From an uncultured Gemmatimonadales bacterium (GTDB lineage Bacteria; Gemmatimonadota; Gemmatimonadetes; Longimicrobiales; RSA9): a stretch of DNA of 64,000 nucleotides. A program made the translations under genes and the position numbers. Position 1 is the stretch's first letter, and every line of letters begins with the position of its first letter. Shown here piece by piece: positions 1-9,883 of the stretch. Below the pieces are notes generated by a model, which worked only from the letters and a program-made list of their open reading frames with translations, did no database searches and was not told where the DNA came from. The DNA lies in assembly GCA_963816355.1 (NCBI GenBank), contig CAWFKH010000001.1:1-64000 (forward strand). Direction: 5' to 3'.

Positions 1-378
1 CCGCGTTCAGCCTGCTGGCAATCGGGCCGGTGTTCGGGATCGTGGCCATGGCGCGGCTGCAGGACATGCGTCTTGCGACAAGCCCGGAGGTCGTTGAGAG
101 CGGCGTGTCCTAATCCAGGCGGCGGTCAATGCCGTCCGGGCACCGGCCATCCACCCCGCGAGCACGAGCCGGCCACGCCGCTTCCACCAGGACGCCTCCC
201 CGCGCGGAGCGTCCACGCGCCGCGCCGTCACCCCCAGCGACGCGATCGCCCGCTTCGCCTCGATCTGCCGGGCCTCGGCGGCGCAGCCCAGCCCCTCCAC
301 TGCCTGCCGGCGGCCCGAAAGCGGGGCGGGCGGCGGAAACGCGACGGCGCCATCCGCCCGCCGCGGGGGCCGCGGCCT

Positions 379-690
379 TCAGCCGCTGCCGCACCGGGAC
401 AGAGCCGCACGGATCACCGCGACGGTGGGGGCGCCGTCCGCCCGGCAGGCCATGGCCATGCTGGCTCCGTCCGCCCCCGTGACATCCTCCCCGTCCACAA
501 GGACCGTCGGGGACCCGAATCGACGGAACCGCTCGGGCGTGCTTTCCTCGGAGAGGTTCCACTCCTGCCAGGCGTCGTCCGCTCCCGAAGCGCCCGTCGC
601 CGCCCGCAGGTTGGCCCGCGCCTTGTCGGCGTTGGGACAGCCGTCGAAGTACACCAGCTCGACCGTGCGATTGCCCATGATCGCTCCCAT
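379..690 (-). CDS. Small thioredoxin-fold protein of the type found in heavy-metal (mer-like) loci
   Basis: VELVYFDGCPN ... GSPTVLVDGEDV ... ACR motifs; ATG at 690 or 678; lies downstream of a MerR-type promoter. Confidence 0.7.
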   Translation of the reverse strand: MGAIMGNRTVELVYFDGCPNADKARANLRAATGASGADDAWQEWNLSEESTPERFRRFGSPTVLVDGEDVTGADGASMAMACRADGAPTVAVIRAALSRCGSG

Positions 691-694
691 GATT

Positions 695-781
695 CGCTGC
701 GTCCGTCGGACAGGCTGTCGAGGATCGGGTACGCGCGTGTCTGCTCGTTCGCGGCGCACGCCCGCACGCGTGGACCGTCAT
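695..781 (-). pseudogene. Possible collapsed remnant of a MerR-family regulator
   Basis: ATG ACG GTC follows the -10 box; a different frame reads RVRACAANEQTRAYPILDSLSD, resembling the MerR C-terminal C-x7-CPIL motif. Confidence 0.35.
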
Positions 782-786
782 GCCGT

Positions 787-818
787 AAGATAGACCCCGT
801 ACCATACCACGGAGTCAA
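787..818 (-). promoter_or_regulatory. MerR-type promoter/operator
   Basis: Minus strand reads TTGACT-20 nt-TATCTT with the dyad GACTCCGT-N8-ACGGGGTC; a long spacer plus a dyad is the MerR hallmark. Confidence 0.75.
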
Positions 819-938
819 GGGGTGCGTCGGTCGTTGTGAAGGAGGTCGCGCTGCGCACGGGCGGCGGCTTCGCCACGTGCTCTCGTACACGGCCCTCTCG
901 CTCTCGAGCACCCGGACGGCCCGGCCGGAGCGCGATGA

Positions 939-2015
939 TCAGTGGCCCGTGCCCAGCCGCGGGCCACCGTTCACCCGCCAGCGGATGTTCGCGAGCAGCA
1001 CCACGTGGTCGGCGCGCAGCGCGTCGTAGCCCTTCCCGAAGCCGGTCGAGATCCACAGCTCGTCCGCCGCGCGGAACTCGACGCCGCCGGTCCAGCCCGT
1101 CGTCGGCGCGGCGCCGCCCACGGGATCGCTGTTGTGCTCCAGCTCGAGGAAGGCGTTGACGACGGCGCTGCCGAAGACGGCGCGCGCGCCGGTCCGCCAC
1201 GCCGTCGCCGCGTCGACCGTGTCGATCCCCGCGCGGTGGTCGAGCCGCGTCTGCACCATGAGCTGACCGTCCGCCGTGAGCGGCAGCGCGAGCGCGGCCC
1301 AGCCGCTGATGCCGCTCCACGCGCCGGCGCTCAGCACCGACTCCCTCAGCCGCACGCCGGACGCGAGCGCGACGGAGAGGCTGCTCCCGTTCCAGTGGCG
1401 GTCCAGCCACCTGCGGCGCAGCTCCGCGTTGCCGCCCGCGGCGCACGCCCGCACCGAAGCGTCCGTCGCCTCCGCGCTCGCCATGTTGCACGCCACGAGC
1501 ACGGCGCGCAGCGAATCGCGGAAGGCGCGGTCCGCCATCGGGTCGCTGCGGTCCAGGATCGTCGTCCGCAGCCCGAACGCCAGGTCCGTCGAAGCGCTGT
1601 CGCCCGACGCGCGCGCCGACGCCGCCGACACCGACAGGTTCGCCAGCATGTACTTCAGCGTGTGACCGTACTGCGACGCCGGGATCGAGACACCCGGGAT
1701 CCACGGCCACGGCGCCGCCTCCACCGCGAAGCCCTGCCGGAAGCGCCCCTCCGCGTCGATCCCGTTCAGCAGGCCCACCCCGAACTCGCGCGCCGTCGTG
1801 GGCCGCTCCACCTTCGTCGGTGAGACGTCGAGGTAGGTGAACGCCGGCGACTGCGGCACCGCGTACGCCTGCTGCGCCGCCGCCGCGGCCGGGAACGCGA
1901 GCGCGCCGAGCGCGCCGAGCAGGCAGAGCCCGCCGAGCGGCCCGAGCGCGCCGAGCATGCCGAGCGCGCCGATCGGCCCGAGCATGCCGAGCGCGGCGCC
2001 CCTATTCGTCGTCAT
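939..2015 (-). CDS. Hypothetical secreted/outer-membrane protein
   Basis: Signal-like N-terminus ending AAAAA-QQ; amphipathic beta-strand-like C-terminal half; overlaps the upstream ORF. Confidence 0.65.
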   Translation of the reverse strand: MTTNRGAALGMLGPIGALGMLGALGPLGGLCLLGALGALAFPAAAAAQQAYAVPQSPAFTYLDVSPTKVERPTTAREFGVGLLNGIDAEGRFRQGFAVEAAPWPWIPGVSIPASQYGHTLKYMLANLSVSAASARASGDSASTDLAFGLRTTILDRSDPMADRAFRDSLRAVLVACNMASAEATDASVRACAAGGNAELRRRWLDRHWNGSSLSVALASGVRLRESVLSAGAWSGISGWAALALPLTADGQLMVQTRLDHRAGIDTVDAATAWRTGARAVFGSAVVNAFLELEHNSDPVGGAAPTTGWTGGVEFRAADELWISTGFGKGYDALRADHVVLLANIRWRVNGGPRLGTGH

Positions 2016-2373
2016 CGAGCTCGACCTCCCGGCTGCGGAGGGCCACGCCGTCCTCGTCCGTCCTGCCGCGCTCCTCGAAGCGGCCGCCAGTCAGCGTGTC
2101 GCCATCCTGTGAGAACGCGACCGACGCCTTGATCGGCGTGTCCGGGTTGCCGGCGAAGATCATCCGGTATCGGACCGCCGTCCCGGCCGGCACCGGCCCC
2201 AGCCGGTAGCGGTGCGCGGTGGCGTGCACGTCCTCTTCGTCCGTCCCCCTCGCGAACGGGGTCCAGGAGCCGCCCGGCGGCTTCTGCCAGAGCACGTACG
2301 ACACCGCCTGCGGCGAGTCCAGCGAGATCTCGACGTCGACCGGCTTCGCCGCAGCGAGCGTCAGCGGGGTCAT
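2002..2373 (-). CDS. Hypothetical protein
   Basis: 123 aa, GGAGG RBS, non-shadow composition. Confidence 0.65.
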   Translation of the reverse strand: MTPLTLAAAKPVDVEISLDSPQAVSYVLWQKPPGGSWTPFARGTDEEDVHATAHRYRLGPVPAGTAVRYRMIFAGNPDTPIKASVAFSQDGDTLTGGRFEERGRTDEDGVALRSREVELDDDE

Positions 2374-2576
2374 GGCGCCTCCCTTCGGGTGGACCGCGCG
2401 TATGAGCGGCGTGGCGGGCGATCGCCGCGGCGGATAACGTGGGCAGGGGCAGGACGCCTACCATGCCGCCGGCGCGCCCCGCCGGTCAAGGATCTTTCGC
2501 CGACCTGCACTGGTAGTCCTGCCCGCGTCGGTCATGGCGGACACCGCAAGCGACCGCGCCGTTCCGTAGGGATCCG

Positions 2577-2599
2577 CCCCACGCACCGTGGGGGTTTTT
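2577..2599 (+). terminator. Intrinsic terminator-like hairpin
   Basis: CCCCACG-CAC-CGTGGGG followed by GTTTTT. Confidence 0.55.
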
Positions 2600-2688
2600 C
2601 TCATCCCGCCACGGCACCTCTCCGACAGCAACTCCACCCGCCCCGCCGCAGCGTAGGTAGGTCGGGACACTCTCGCAGGGGGAGGAAC

Positions 2689-3753
2689 ATGCTCGGCTCA
2701 CGAGCCGGTCGTGCGGCGTCGATGCTGCGGCTGCTCCTGCCGCTGCTGCTGGTCGGCGGCGGTTGCAGCGACGCGACCGCCCCCCAGGACAGCGTCTACG
2801 CGAGTCGTTTCGAGAGCGTCTGGCGCCGCTTCGACGAGACCTATCCGTATTTCGAGTACAAGAACATCGACTGGGACGCGGCGCACGCGGAGTACGCGGC
2901 GCGGGCGGAGGCGGCGACGTCGCAGCAGGAGCTCGTCGGCGTGCTCCTCGACATGCTCGCCCCGCTGCGCGACCTCCACGTCAACCTGTTCCGCCCGGAC
3001 GGCGCTCAGATGCCGACCTACCGGCCGGACGTCGCGATCAACTGGGACCACGACACCTGGCTGAGCTACATCGGCACGACCCGCTGGCACCAGGCCTCCG
3101 GCTCGACCTGGGGCTGGGGCCGCTTCGGCGACGTCGGCTACATCGTCATCGGCGACTGGAGCGACGCGCACGTGCAGGCGACGGCCGTCGACGTCGCGCT
3201 CGACAGCCTGCGCGACAACCGCGCGATCATCATCGACATCCGCCCCAATCCCGGCGGCAACAGCTCCATCGCCTTCGCGGTCGCCGCCCGCTTCTCGGCG
3301 ACGGCGTGGACCGGCATGTACGTCCAGTACAGGAACGGCCCGGCCCATGGCGACCTCGGCCCGCTCACGCCCGAGACGATCTTGCCGCGCGGCCCCTGGC
3401 AGTACCTCAAGCCGGTCTTCCTGCTCGTCGGCCGCGGCGACGCCAGCAGCAGCGAGGGCTTCATCTCCGCCATGCGCGAGCTCCCGAACGTGCGCATCCT
3501 CGGCGACACGACCGTCGGCGCCACCGCCAACCCCGCCTTCTACGACCTCGGCGAGGGCTGGCAGTACGCCGTCTCCCGCTGGATCGGCTACACCGCCGAC
3601 AAGCAGATCATCGAGTGGAACGGCATCGCCCCCGACGAGGTCGTCCCCTGGACACCCGCAGACTTCACCCGCCACTACGACCCCATCCTCGAGCGCGCCC
3701 TGAGCGAAGCCGGCGGACGCGCCGTCAAACCCGCCGCCCCCCCAGACCCCTGA
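2689..3753 (+). CDS. S41 family peptidase, lipoprotein
   Basis: GGAGG RBS; lipobox-like VGGGC; YPYFEYKNIDW, IIDIRPNPGG, SSSEGF and GIAPD motifs. Confidence 0.85.
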   Translation: MLGSRAGRAASMLRLLLPLLLVGGGCSDATAPQDSVYASRFESVWRRFDETYPYFEYKNIDWDAAHAEYAARAEAATSQQELVGVLLDMLAPLRDLHVNLFRPDGAQMPTYRPDVAINWDHDTWLSYIGTTRWHQASGSTWGWGRFGDVGYIVIGDWSDAHVQATAVDVALDSLRDNRAIIIDIRPNPGGNSSIAFAVAARFSATAWTGMYVQYRNGPAHGDLGPLTPETILPRGPWQYLKPVFLLVGRGDASSSEGFISAMRELPNVRILGDTTVGATANPAFYDLGEGWQYAVSRWIGYTADKQIIEWNGIAPDEVVPWTPADFTRHYDPILERALSEAGGRAVKPAAPPDP

Positions 3754-3930
3754 CCCCAGACCCCAGACCCCAGACCCCAAACCCCAGACCCGCGCCGCGC
3801 CCCAAGGCGCGCGCCCCCCCTGACCCCTGACCCCAGACCCGCGCCGCGCCCCAAAGGCGCGCGCCCCCCCAGACCCCCGAACCCCAGACCCACCCCCAGA
3901 CCCCCTCCGCAGACCCCAGACCCCTAAACC
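3740..3930 (+). repeat. CCCCAGA heptamer tract with an embedded duplication of about 35 bp
   Basis: Tandem CCCCAGA/CCCCTGA units; cccgcgccgcgccccaa(a)ggcgcgcgccccccc occurs twice. Confidence 0.85.
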
Positions 3931-4082
3931 CAACCGCGCCACGTGGATGCACCCACGCAGTCGGGCACCCCCCTACAACCACCACCCTCTTTCCCCACCC
4001 ACATTTCCGGCTTCCTCCCACAGATCCACCCCCTCTCATCATTTAGCATATCCCTGTGCACATATCGGACAAGGGACGACCC

Positions 4083-4487
4083 ATGATCTCACGAACGGCT
4101 GAACACGCGCTCCGCGCCACGCTCTTCCTGGCACGACACCAGGGAGGACGGCCGGTGCCGGTCGCGGCGATCGCGACCGCGCTGGACGCGCCCGCGAACT
4201 ACCTCGGCAAGACGCTGCAGACGCTGGCGTCGGCGGGGGTGCTGGACAGCCAGCGCGGGCCGGGCGGCGGGTTCCGCCTGGCGCGGGCGGCCGACGCCAT
4301 GACGGTCGCGGACGTGATCGGCGTGGTGGAGGAGCCGAAGGGATCGGGGATGTGCCTGCTGGGCGACCAGCGGTGCTCCGGCGTCGCGCCGTGCGCCGCG
4401 CACGTGCGGTGGGAGGCGGCGCGGCGGGAGGCGGCGGAGCCGTTCCGGCGAACGACGATCGCGGACCTGCTGGCCGCGGCGAACTGA
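4083..4487 (+). CDS. Rrf2 family transcriptional regulator (Fe-S type)
   Basis: [24 protein letters not shown]-x6-C-x5-C-x2-H. Confidence 0.9.
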   Translation: MISRTAEHALRATLFLARHQGGRPVPVAAIATALDAPANYLGKTLQTLASAGVLDSQRGPGGGFRLARAADAMTVADVIGVVEEPKGSGMCLLGDQRCSGVAPCAAHVRWEAARREAAEPFRRTTIADLLAAAN

Positions 4488-4509
4488 ACGAACGAGAGAG
4501 GGGACGACG

Positions 4510-5580
4510 ATGAGTCGCAAGATGCGGATTTTCGGAGCGGCCGTGACGATGGCGGTCCTGGTGGGCGGCTATGCCGCGGCGAAGAGCGTCGGCTCCGCGG
4601 GCGCGGGTGAGGCGTGGCTCGCGGCGCCGTCGCTGCCGGAGGTGAAGGGTGAGGTGGTGGAGCAGCTTGCGGCGCCGCCGGCGGTGCCGGCCCCGATCGA
4701 CCGCGACTACGCCACGAAGGTGGTGGTGAACCTGGAGACGGTCGAGAAGACGATGCGTCTGGCGGACGGCGCCGAGTACGCGTTCTGGACGTTCGGCGGC
4801 ACCGTGCCCGGCCCGATGATCCGGGTTCGCGAGGGGGACCTGGTCGAGCTGCACCTGAAGAACGCGTCCACCAGCACCATGCCGCACAACATCGACATGC
4901 ACGCCGTGACCGGGCCGGGCGGCGGCGCGGTCGCGACGGTGACGCAGCCGGGGCAGGAGAGCGTGGTCACGTTCCGCGCGCTGAAGCCGGGCCTCTGGGT
5001 CTACCACTGCGCGATCCCGGGCATGGTCGCCACGCACCTCGCCAACGGCATGTACGGCGCGATCCTGGTCGAGCCGAAGGCGGGCCTCGCGCCGGTCGAC
5101 CGCGAGTACTTCGTGATGCAGGGCGAGGTCTACACGAAGGAGCCGTTCGGCACGCCGGGGCTCGAGCACTTCGACTTCCAGAAGGCGCTCGACGAGAACC
5201 CGACCTACGTCCTCTTCAACGGCGCGGTCGGCGCGCTCACCGGCGACGCCGCGCTGCAGGCGAACGTGGGCGACCGCGTCCGGCTCTTCGTCGCCAACGC
5301 CGGGCCGAACCTCGTCTCGAGCTTCCATGTGATCGGCGAGATGTTCGACAACGTCCACGTCGAGGGCGGCACCCTCGTCAACCACGACGTGCAGACCACG
5401 CTGATCCCCGCGGGCGGCGCCGCGATCACCGAGTTCCGCGCGGACGTGCCCGGCACCTTCCTGCTCGTCGACCACTCGATCTTCCGGGCGATGCACAAGG
5501 GCGCGCTCGCCCAGCTCAAGGTGGAGGGTCCCGCCGTGGCGTCGATCTACAATCCCGGCAAGGCCGCGGTCGGACAGTGA
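4510..5580 (+). CDS. nirK: Copper-containing nitrite reductase
   Basis: [24 protein letters not shown] and LVDHSIFR copper-ligand/catalytic motifs; N-terminal signal. Confidence 0.93.
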   Translation: MSRKMRIFGAAVTMAVLVGGYAAAKSVGSAGAGEAWLAAPSLPEVKGEVVEQLAAPPAVPAPIDRDYATKVVVNLETVEKTMRLADGAEYAFWTFGGTVPGPMIRVREGDLVELHLKNASTSTMPHNIDMHAVTGPGGGAVATVTQPGQESVVTFRALKPGLWVYHCAIPGMVATHLANGMYGAILVEPKAGLAPVDREYFVMQGEVYTKEPFGTPGLEHFDFQKALDENPTYVLFNGAVGALTGDAALQANVGDRVRLFVANAGPNLVSSFHVIGEMFDNVHVEGGTLVNHDVQTTLIPAGGAAITEFRADVPGTFLLVDHSIFRAMHKGALAQLKVEGPAVASIYNPGKAAVGQ

Positions 5581-6830
5581 GCCTCCATGCGACGAGGCGC
5601 GCCGCGCGCTGCGCGGCCGCCCTCCTCGTCCTCGCCGCCGCGCCCGCTCGGGCACAGACGACCCCGCCCGCCCGGGCGAGACCGCCGGCGGAGGCGAGAC
5701 TGCCGGCGGGCGACTCCGCGGCGGCCGGAGCGATCGAGCTGGGCGGGCAGCTCCGCCCGCGCTTCGAGAGCCGCTCGAACGCGCCCGGCGCCGCCGCCTT
5801 CACGTCCATGCGGACGCGCATCCACGCCGCCGTCGCTCTCGCGGACGTCGCGAAGCTCTTCGTCCAGGTACAGGACGTCCGGTTCTGGGGCGGCGAGACG
5901 AACACGCTGACGGACTTCACCGCCGACGCCTTCGACCTGCACCAGGCGTACGTCGACCTGGGCACGAGCACCGTGCTCCGCGTCGGCCGCCAGGAGGCCT
6001 CGCTGGGAGGGCAGCGGCTCGTCGGCGCCGTGGACTGGGCGCAGCAGGGCCGCGCCTTCGACGGGCTCCGCCTCCGCACTCCCCTCGCCGCCGGTTTCGC
6101 GCTCGACGCGTTCGCCTTCCAGCTCGCGGAGTCCGCGGCGGCACCGCAGACGGCCGACGCGTCGCTGCTCGGCGCCGTCGTCGCCCTGCCGTCCGCCGCC
6201 TCGCTCGCGGCGCAGGCGTACGTCCTGAACGACCGCGCCGGGGCAGGCACCGATCGCGCCACGCTCGGCGCCCGCGCCGCCGGCGACGTCGCAGGCTTCC
6301 CCTACCGCCTCGAGGGCGCGTACCAGACCGGCCGCCACGCCGACCGCGACGTCGCCGCCTACCTCGTCGCGGCGCGCGTGGGCCACGCCGTAGGCGGCCG
6401 CGCCGCCGTCACGCTGTGGTACGACTACCTCTCCGGCGACGCCGATCCCGCCGACGACACCGAGCGCGTCTTCGACACGCTCTTCGCCACCAACCACAAG
6501 TTCTACGGCTACGCCGACCTCTTCACGGCGATACCGGCGCAGACCGCCGGCCACGGCCTCCAGGACATCGCGCTGAAGACGTCGCTGCGGCCGGCGCCCG
6601 CGCTCACGCTCGGCGCCGACCTGCACGCCTTCCGCGCCGCGGCCTCCGCCGGCCTGCCCTCCTCCCGCTACGGCGAGGAGCTCGACGTGACGGCCGCCTG
6701 GCGCTGGCGTCCGCCCCTCGCCCTCTCCGCCGGCGTCTCCGGCGTCGCCCACGGCCCCGCGCTCCCCGCCGTCGGCGGCCCCGCCCGCGACTTCGCGTTC
6801 GTCTACCTGATGCTCGACGCCACCTTCTGA
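5577..6830 (+). CDS. Alginate-export-family outer-membrane beta-barrel
   Basis: [44 protein letters not shown]; terminal Phe; GTGA overlap with nirK. Confidence 0.8.
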   Translation: MSLHATRRAARCAAALLVLAAAPARAQTTPPARARPPAEARLPAGDSAAAGAIELGGQLRPRFESRSNAPGAAAFTSMRTRIHAAVALADVAKLFVQVQDVRFWGGETNTLTDFTADAFDLHQAYVDLGTSTVLRVGRQEASLGGQRLVGAVDWAQQGRAFDGLRLRTPLAAGFALDAFAFQLAESAAAPQTADASLLGAVVALPSAASLAAQAYVLNDRAGAGTDRATLGARAAGDVAGFPYRLEGAYQTGRHADRDVAAYLVAARVGHAVGGRAAVTLWYDYLSGDADPADDTERVFDTLFATNHKFYGYADLFTAIPAQTAGHGLQDIALKTSLRPAPALTLGADLHAFRAAASAGLPSSRYGEELDVTAAWRWRPPLALSAGVSGVAHGPALPAVGGPARDFAFVYLMLDATF

Positions 6831-6844
6831 GGAACGCGAGCCGG

Positions 6845-6905
6845 GACCCCCAGACCCCCGTACCCCAGACCCCCCGCAGACCCCCTCCGCAGACCCCAGA
6901 CCGAT
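6845..6905 (+). repeat. CCCCAGA-type tract
   Basis: Shares an exact 26-mer with 3897-3922. Confidence 0.75.
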
Positions 6906-6940
6906 CGAACCGCAGCCGATCGCAGAACCCACCCACCCCC

Positions 6941-7534
6941 CTAGCCCCCCGCCCCCTCCGCCCGCCTCTCCTCCCTCAGCCCCGCCAGCGCACCCGTCCA
7001 TCGAACCATCTCATCCAGCATCGCCCGCGCCGCCTTCTCCTGCACCTCGCCCGGCCGAAACTCCCCGCTCCCGGCGTCGATCAGCTTGGCGAAGAACGGC
7101 ACCGACACCGCCTCGAACATGGGCACGATCTTGAGTGTCGTCGCGATCATCTTGATCATCTGGACCGAGCGCGTGCCGCCGGAGACGCCGCCGTAGCTGA
7201 CGAAGCCCATCGCCTTGTACGCCCACTCGTGCACGAGGTAGTGCAGCGCGTTGATGATCGCGGCGGGCGGGCCGTAGTCGTACTCCGGCGTGACGACTAC
7301 GAAGGCGTCGGCGCGGTCCACCACCTCGCTCCACGCCCGCGTGTGCGCGTGTTCGTAGCGCCGCAGCCGCGGGTGGCGCGGCTCGTCGAAGAGCGGCAGA
7401 TCGACCACGGCGAGGTCGACCCGTTCGACGTCGAAGCCGCCGTGCAGCCGCGCGCGTTCCATGAACCAGTCCGCGACGAGCGGTCCCTGCCGCCCCTCGC
7501 GCGTGCTGGCGACGATCACCTCCAGATGCGGCAT
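6941..7534 (-). CDS. NADPH-dependent FMN reductase
   Basis: ASTREGRQG, VTPEYD, FVSYGGVSGG. Confidence 0.9.
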   Translation of the reverse strand: MPHLEVIVASTREGRQGPLVADWFMERARLHGGFDVERVDLAVVDLPLFDEPRHPRLRRYEHAHTRAWSEVVDRADAFVVVTPEYDYGPPAAIINALHYLVHEWAYKAMGFVSYGGVSGGTRSVQMIKMIATTLKIVPMFEAVSVPFFAKLIDAGSGEFRPGEVQEKAARAMLDEMVRWTGALAGLREERRAEGAGG

Positions 7535-7714
7535 CGCTGCCTCCCCTCCTCCGGTCTCGCTCCTGTTTCCGCGCGACCGGCGTGCACGATCCGGACCCCC
7601 GCCGGGCCGCCGTGCCGGCGCGTTCGGCGCTCGGCGTCCCTTGCCGACATCGTCTCCGCCCGCGTATCGTGCCGCTCCCACCCGTGCCATGCCGACCGAA
7701 CCCGCGAGGAGCCG

Positions 7715-9793
7715 ATGAACACGTTCCGCATCGCAGCCCCGCTGCTGCTGCTCGCCGTCGTCGCGCCCGCCGTGCGCGCCCAGGAGCGGAGCGCCCCGAG
7801 CTCGGGCGACCGCCTCCAGCTCGCGCAGTACCTCGATCTCGAGGGCATATCCCAGCCGCGGCTCTCACCCGACGGCCGCCGGATCGTCTACACGCGGCGG
7901 TGGATCGACAGGGAGAACGACCGCCGCGAGTCCTCGCTCTGGATCGTGGACGCGGACGGCGGCCGCAACCGCTTCCTCGTCGACGGCAGCGACGCGCACT
8001 GGTCGCCGGACGGAACGCGCATCGCCTACCTGGCGGAAGGCGAGCCGTCCGGGACGCAGGTCTTCGTGCGCTGGATGGACGCCGAAGGCGCCCGCACGCA
8101 GGTCACGCGGCTGACGGAGTCGCCGTCCGACATCGCGTGGGCGCCCGACGGCAAGGCGATCGCCTTCCGCATGCTGGTGCCGCAGAAGAACGCCTGGAAG
8201 GCGGAGGGCGCGGTCTCCGCGCTGCGGCCGGCCGGCGCGAAATGGACCGACGCGCCGCGCATCGTCGATCGCCTCCGCTACCGCCAGGACCGCGTCGGCT
8301 ACCTGCGCGACGGCTACCACCACGTCTTCGTCGTCTCCGCCGACGGCGGCACGCCGCGCCAGATCACCGATGGCGAGTTCGACGACGGCGCGCCCGAGTG
8401 GGCGGGCGACGGCGCCGCGATCTTCTTCTCCGGCCTGCGCGAGCCGGACGCCGAGTACGCCTGGCGCGAGTCCGAGATCTACGCCGTCGATCCCGCCGGC
8501 GGCGCCGTGCGCCGCCTGACGCACCACCCGGGGCCGGACCGCGGTCCGGTAGTGTCGCCGGACGGGCGCTTCGTCGCCTTCACGGGCTTCGACAGCACGG
8601 ACGCGACGTGGCAGGACGCCGACCTCTACGTCATGAGCGCCGACGGCACGGGACGACGCACGCTCACCACCGGCCTCGACCGCTCTCCCGCCGACGTGCG
8701 CTGGGCCGCCGACGGCGCCGGCCTCTACTTCGACGTCGACGACGCCGGCTCCCGCAACCTCTACTTCGTGCCGCTGCGCGGCGGCGCGCCGCGGCCCCTC
8801 ACCCGCGGTGCGCAGATCCTCGCCGTGAGCGACGTCGGCCGCGGCGTCGGCGTCGGCACCGTCAGCACGCCGCGCTCGCCGGACCGCCTCGTCGCCGTGG
8901 ACCTGAAGTCCGGCGCGCTCACGCCGCTCGTCGACGTCAACGCCGACATCCTCGCCGGCAAGCGGCTCGGCGATCTCGAGGAGATCCGCTACCCCTCCAA
9001 GGGCGGCCTCTCCATCCAGGGCTGGATCCTCAAGCCGCCGCACTTCGACCCCGCGCGCAGGTACCCGCTCATCCTCACCATCCACGGCGGACCGCACGCG
9101 ATGTACGGCGTCGGCTTCAACTTCGCCTGGCAGGAGTGGGCCGCGAACGACTACGTCGTCCTGTACGTCAATCCGCGCGGCAGCACGGGCTACGGCAGCG
9201 CGTTCGGCAACGCCATCAAGAACGCCTATCCGGGCGACGACTTCGCCGACCTGATGACCGCCGTCGACACCGTGATCGCGCGCGGCTACGTCGACACGCA
9301 CCGCATGTTCGTCTACGGCTGCAGCGGCGGCGGCGTGCTCACCGCGTGGACCGTCGGCCACACCGACCGCTTCGCCGCCGCCGCCTCCCTCTGCCCCGTC
9401 ATCGACTGGGTCAGCTTCGTCGGTGAAACGGACGGCCCCGGCTGGTACTACAACTTCGCCAAGCTGCCTTGGGAGGACCCGAGCGAGCACCTCCGCCGCT
9501 CGCCGCTCATGTACGCCGGCCACGTCAGCACGCCCACCATGCTGATGACCGGCGTCCTCGACCTGCGCACGCCGATCCCGCAGACCGAGGAGTTCTACCG
9601 CGCGCTCAAGCTGCGCAAGGTGCCCACCGTCATGGTCCGCATGAACGGCGAGTACCACGGGACGACGTCGAAGCCCTCCAACTTCCTGCGCACGCAGCTC
9701 TACCTGCGCACCTGGTTCGAGCGCTGGGGCGGCACCGCAACCGCGCAGCGGACCGATGGCGGCGGCGAGCCGCCGCCGCAGCCGCGCCGCTGA
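7715..9793 (+). CDS. S9 family peptidase (beta-propeller plus catalytic domain)
   Basis: Signal peptide; WSPDG repeats; IHGGPH, GCSGGG, DLRTP, EYHG. Confidence 0.92.
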   Translation: MNTFRIAAPLLLLAVVAPAVRAQERSAPSSGDRLQLAQYLDLEGISQPRLSPDGRRIVYTRRWIDRENDRRESSLWIVDADGGRNRFLVDGSDAHWSPDGTRIAYLAEGEPSGTQVFVRWMDAEGARTQVTRLTESPSDIAWAPDGKAIAFRMLVPQKNAWKAEGAVSALRPAGAKWTDAPRIVDRLRYRQDRVGYLRDGYHHVFVVSADGGTPRQITDGEFDDGAPEWAGDGAAIFFSGLREPDAEYAWRESEIYAVDPAGGAVRRLTHHPGPDRGPVVSPDGRFVAFTGFDSTDATWQDADLYVMSADGTGRRTLTTGLDRSPADVRWAADGAGLYFDVDDAGSRNLYFVPLRGGAPRPLTRGAQILAVSDVGRGVGVGTVSTPRSPDRLVAVDLKSGALTPLVDVNADILAGKRLGDLEEIRYPSKGGLSIQGWILKPPHFDPARRYPLILTIHGGPHAMYGVGFNFAWQEWAANDYVVLYVNPRGSTGYGSAFGNAIKNAYPGDDFADLMTAVDTVIARGYVDTHRMFVYGCSGGGVLTAWTVGHTDRFAAAASLCPVIDWVSFVGETDGPGWYYNFAKLPWEDPSEHLRRSPLMYAGHVSTPTMLMTGVLDLRTPIPQTEEFYRALKLRKVPTVMVRMNGEYHGTTSKPSNFLRTQLYLRTWFERWGGTATAQRTDGGGEPPPQPRR

Positions 9794-9883
9794 GCGGAAC
9801 GACGCCGAATCTGCGGAGCGCGCGTCCTGCCGTCGCGGACGTCGCGGGTGGCGTACGGGTTGCCGCGGGCCGGGCGCGGCGCC

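Noticed and set aside
7..300. Metal-transporter remnant downstream of the thioredoxin-like gene
   Set aside because: Only a weakly hydrophobic stretch with no recognisable motif; it cannot be supported.
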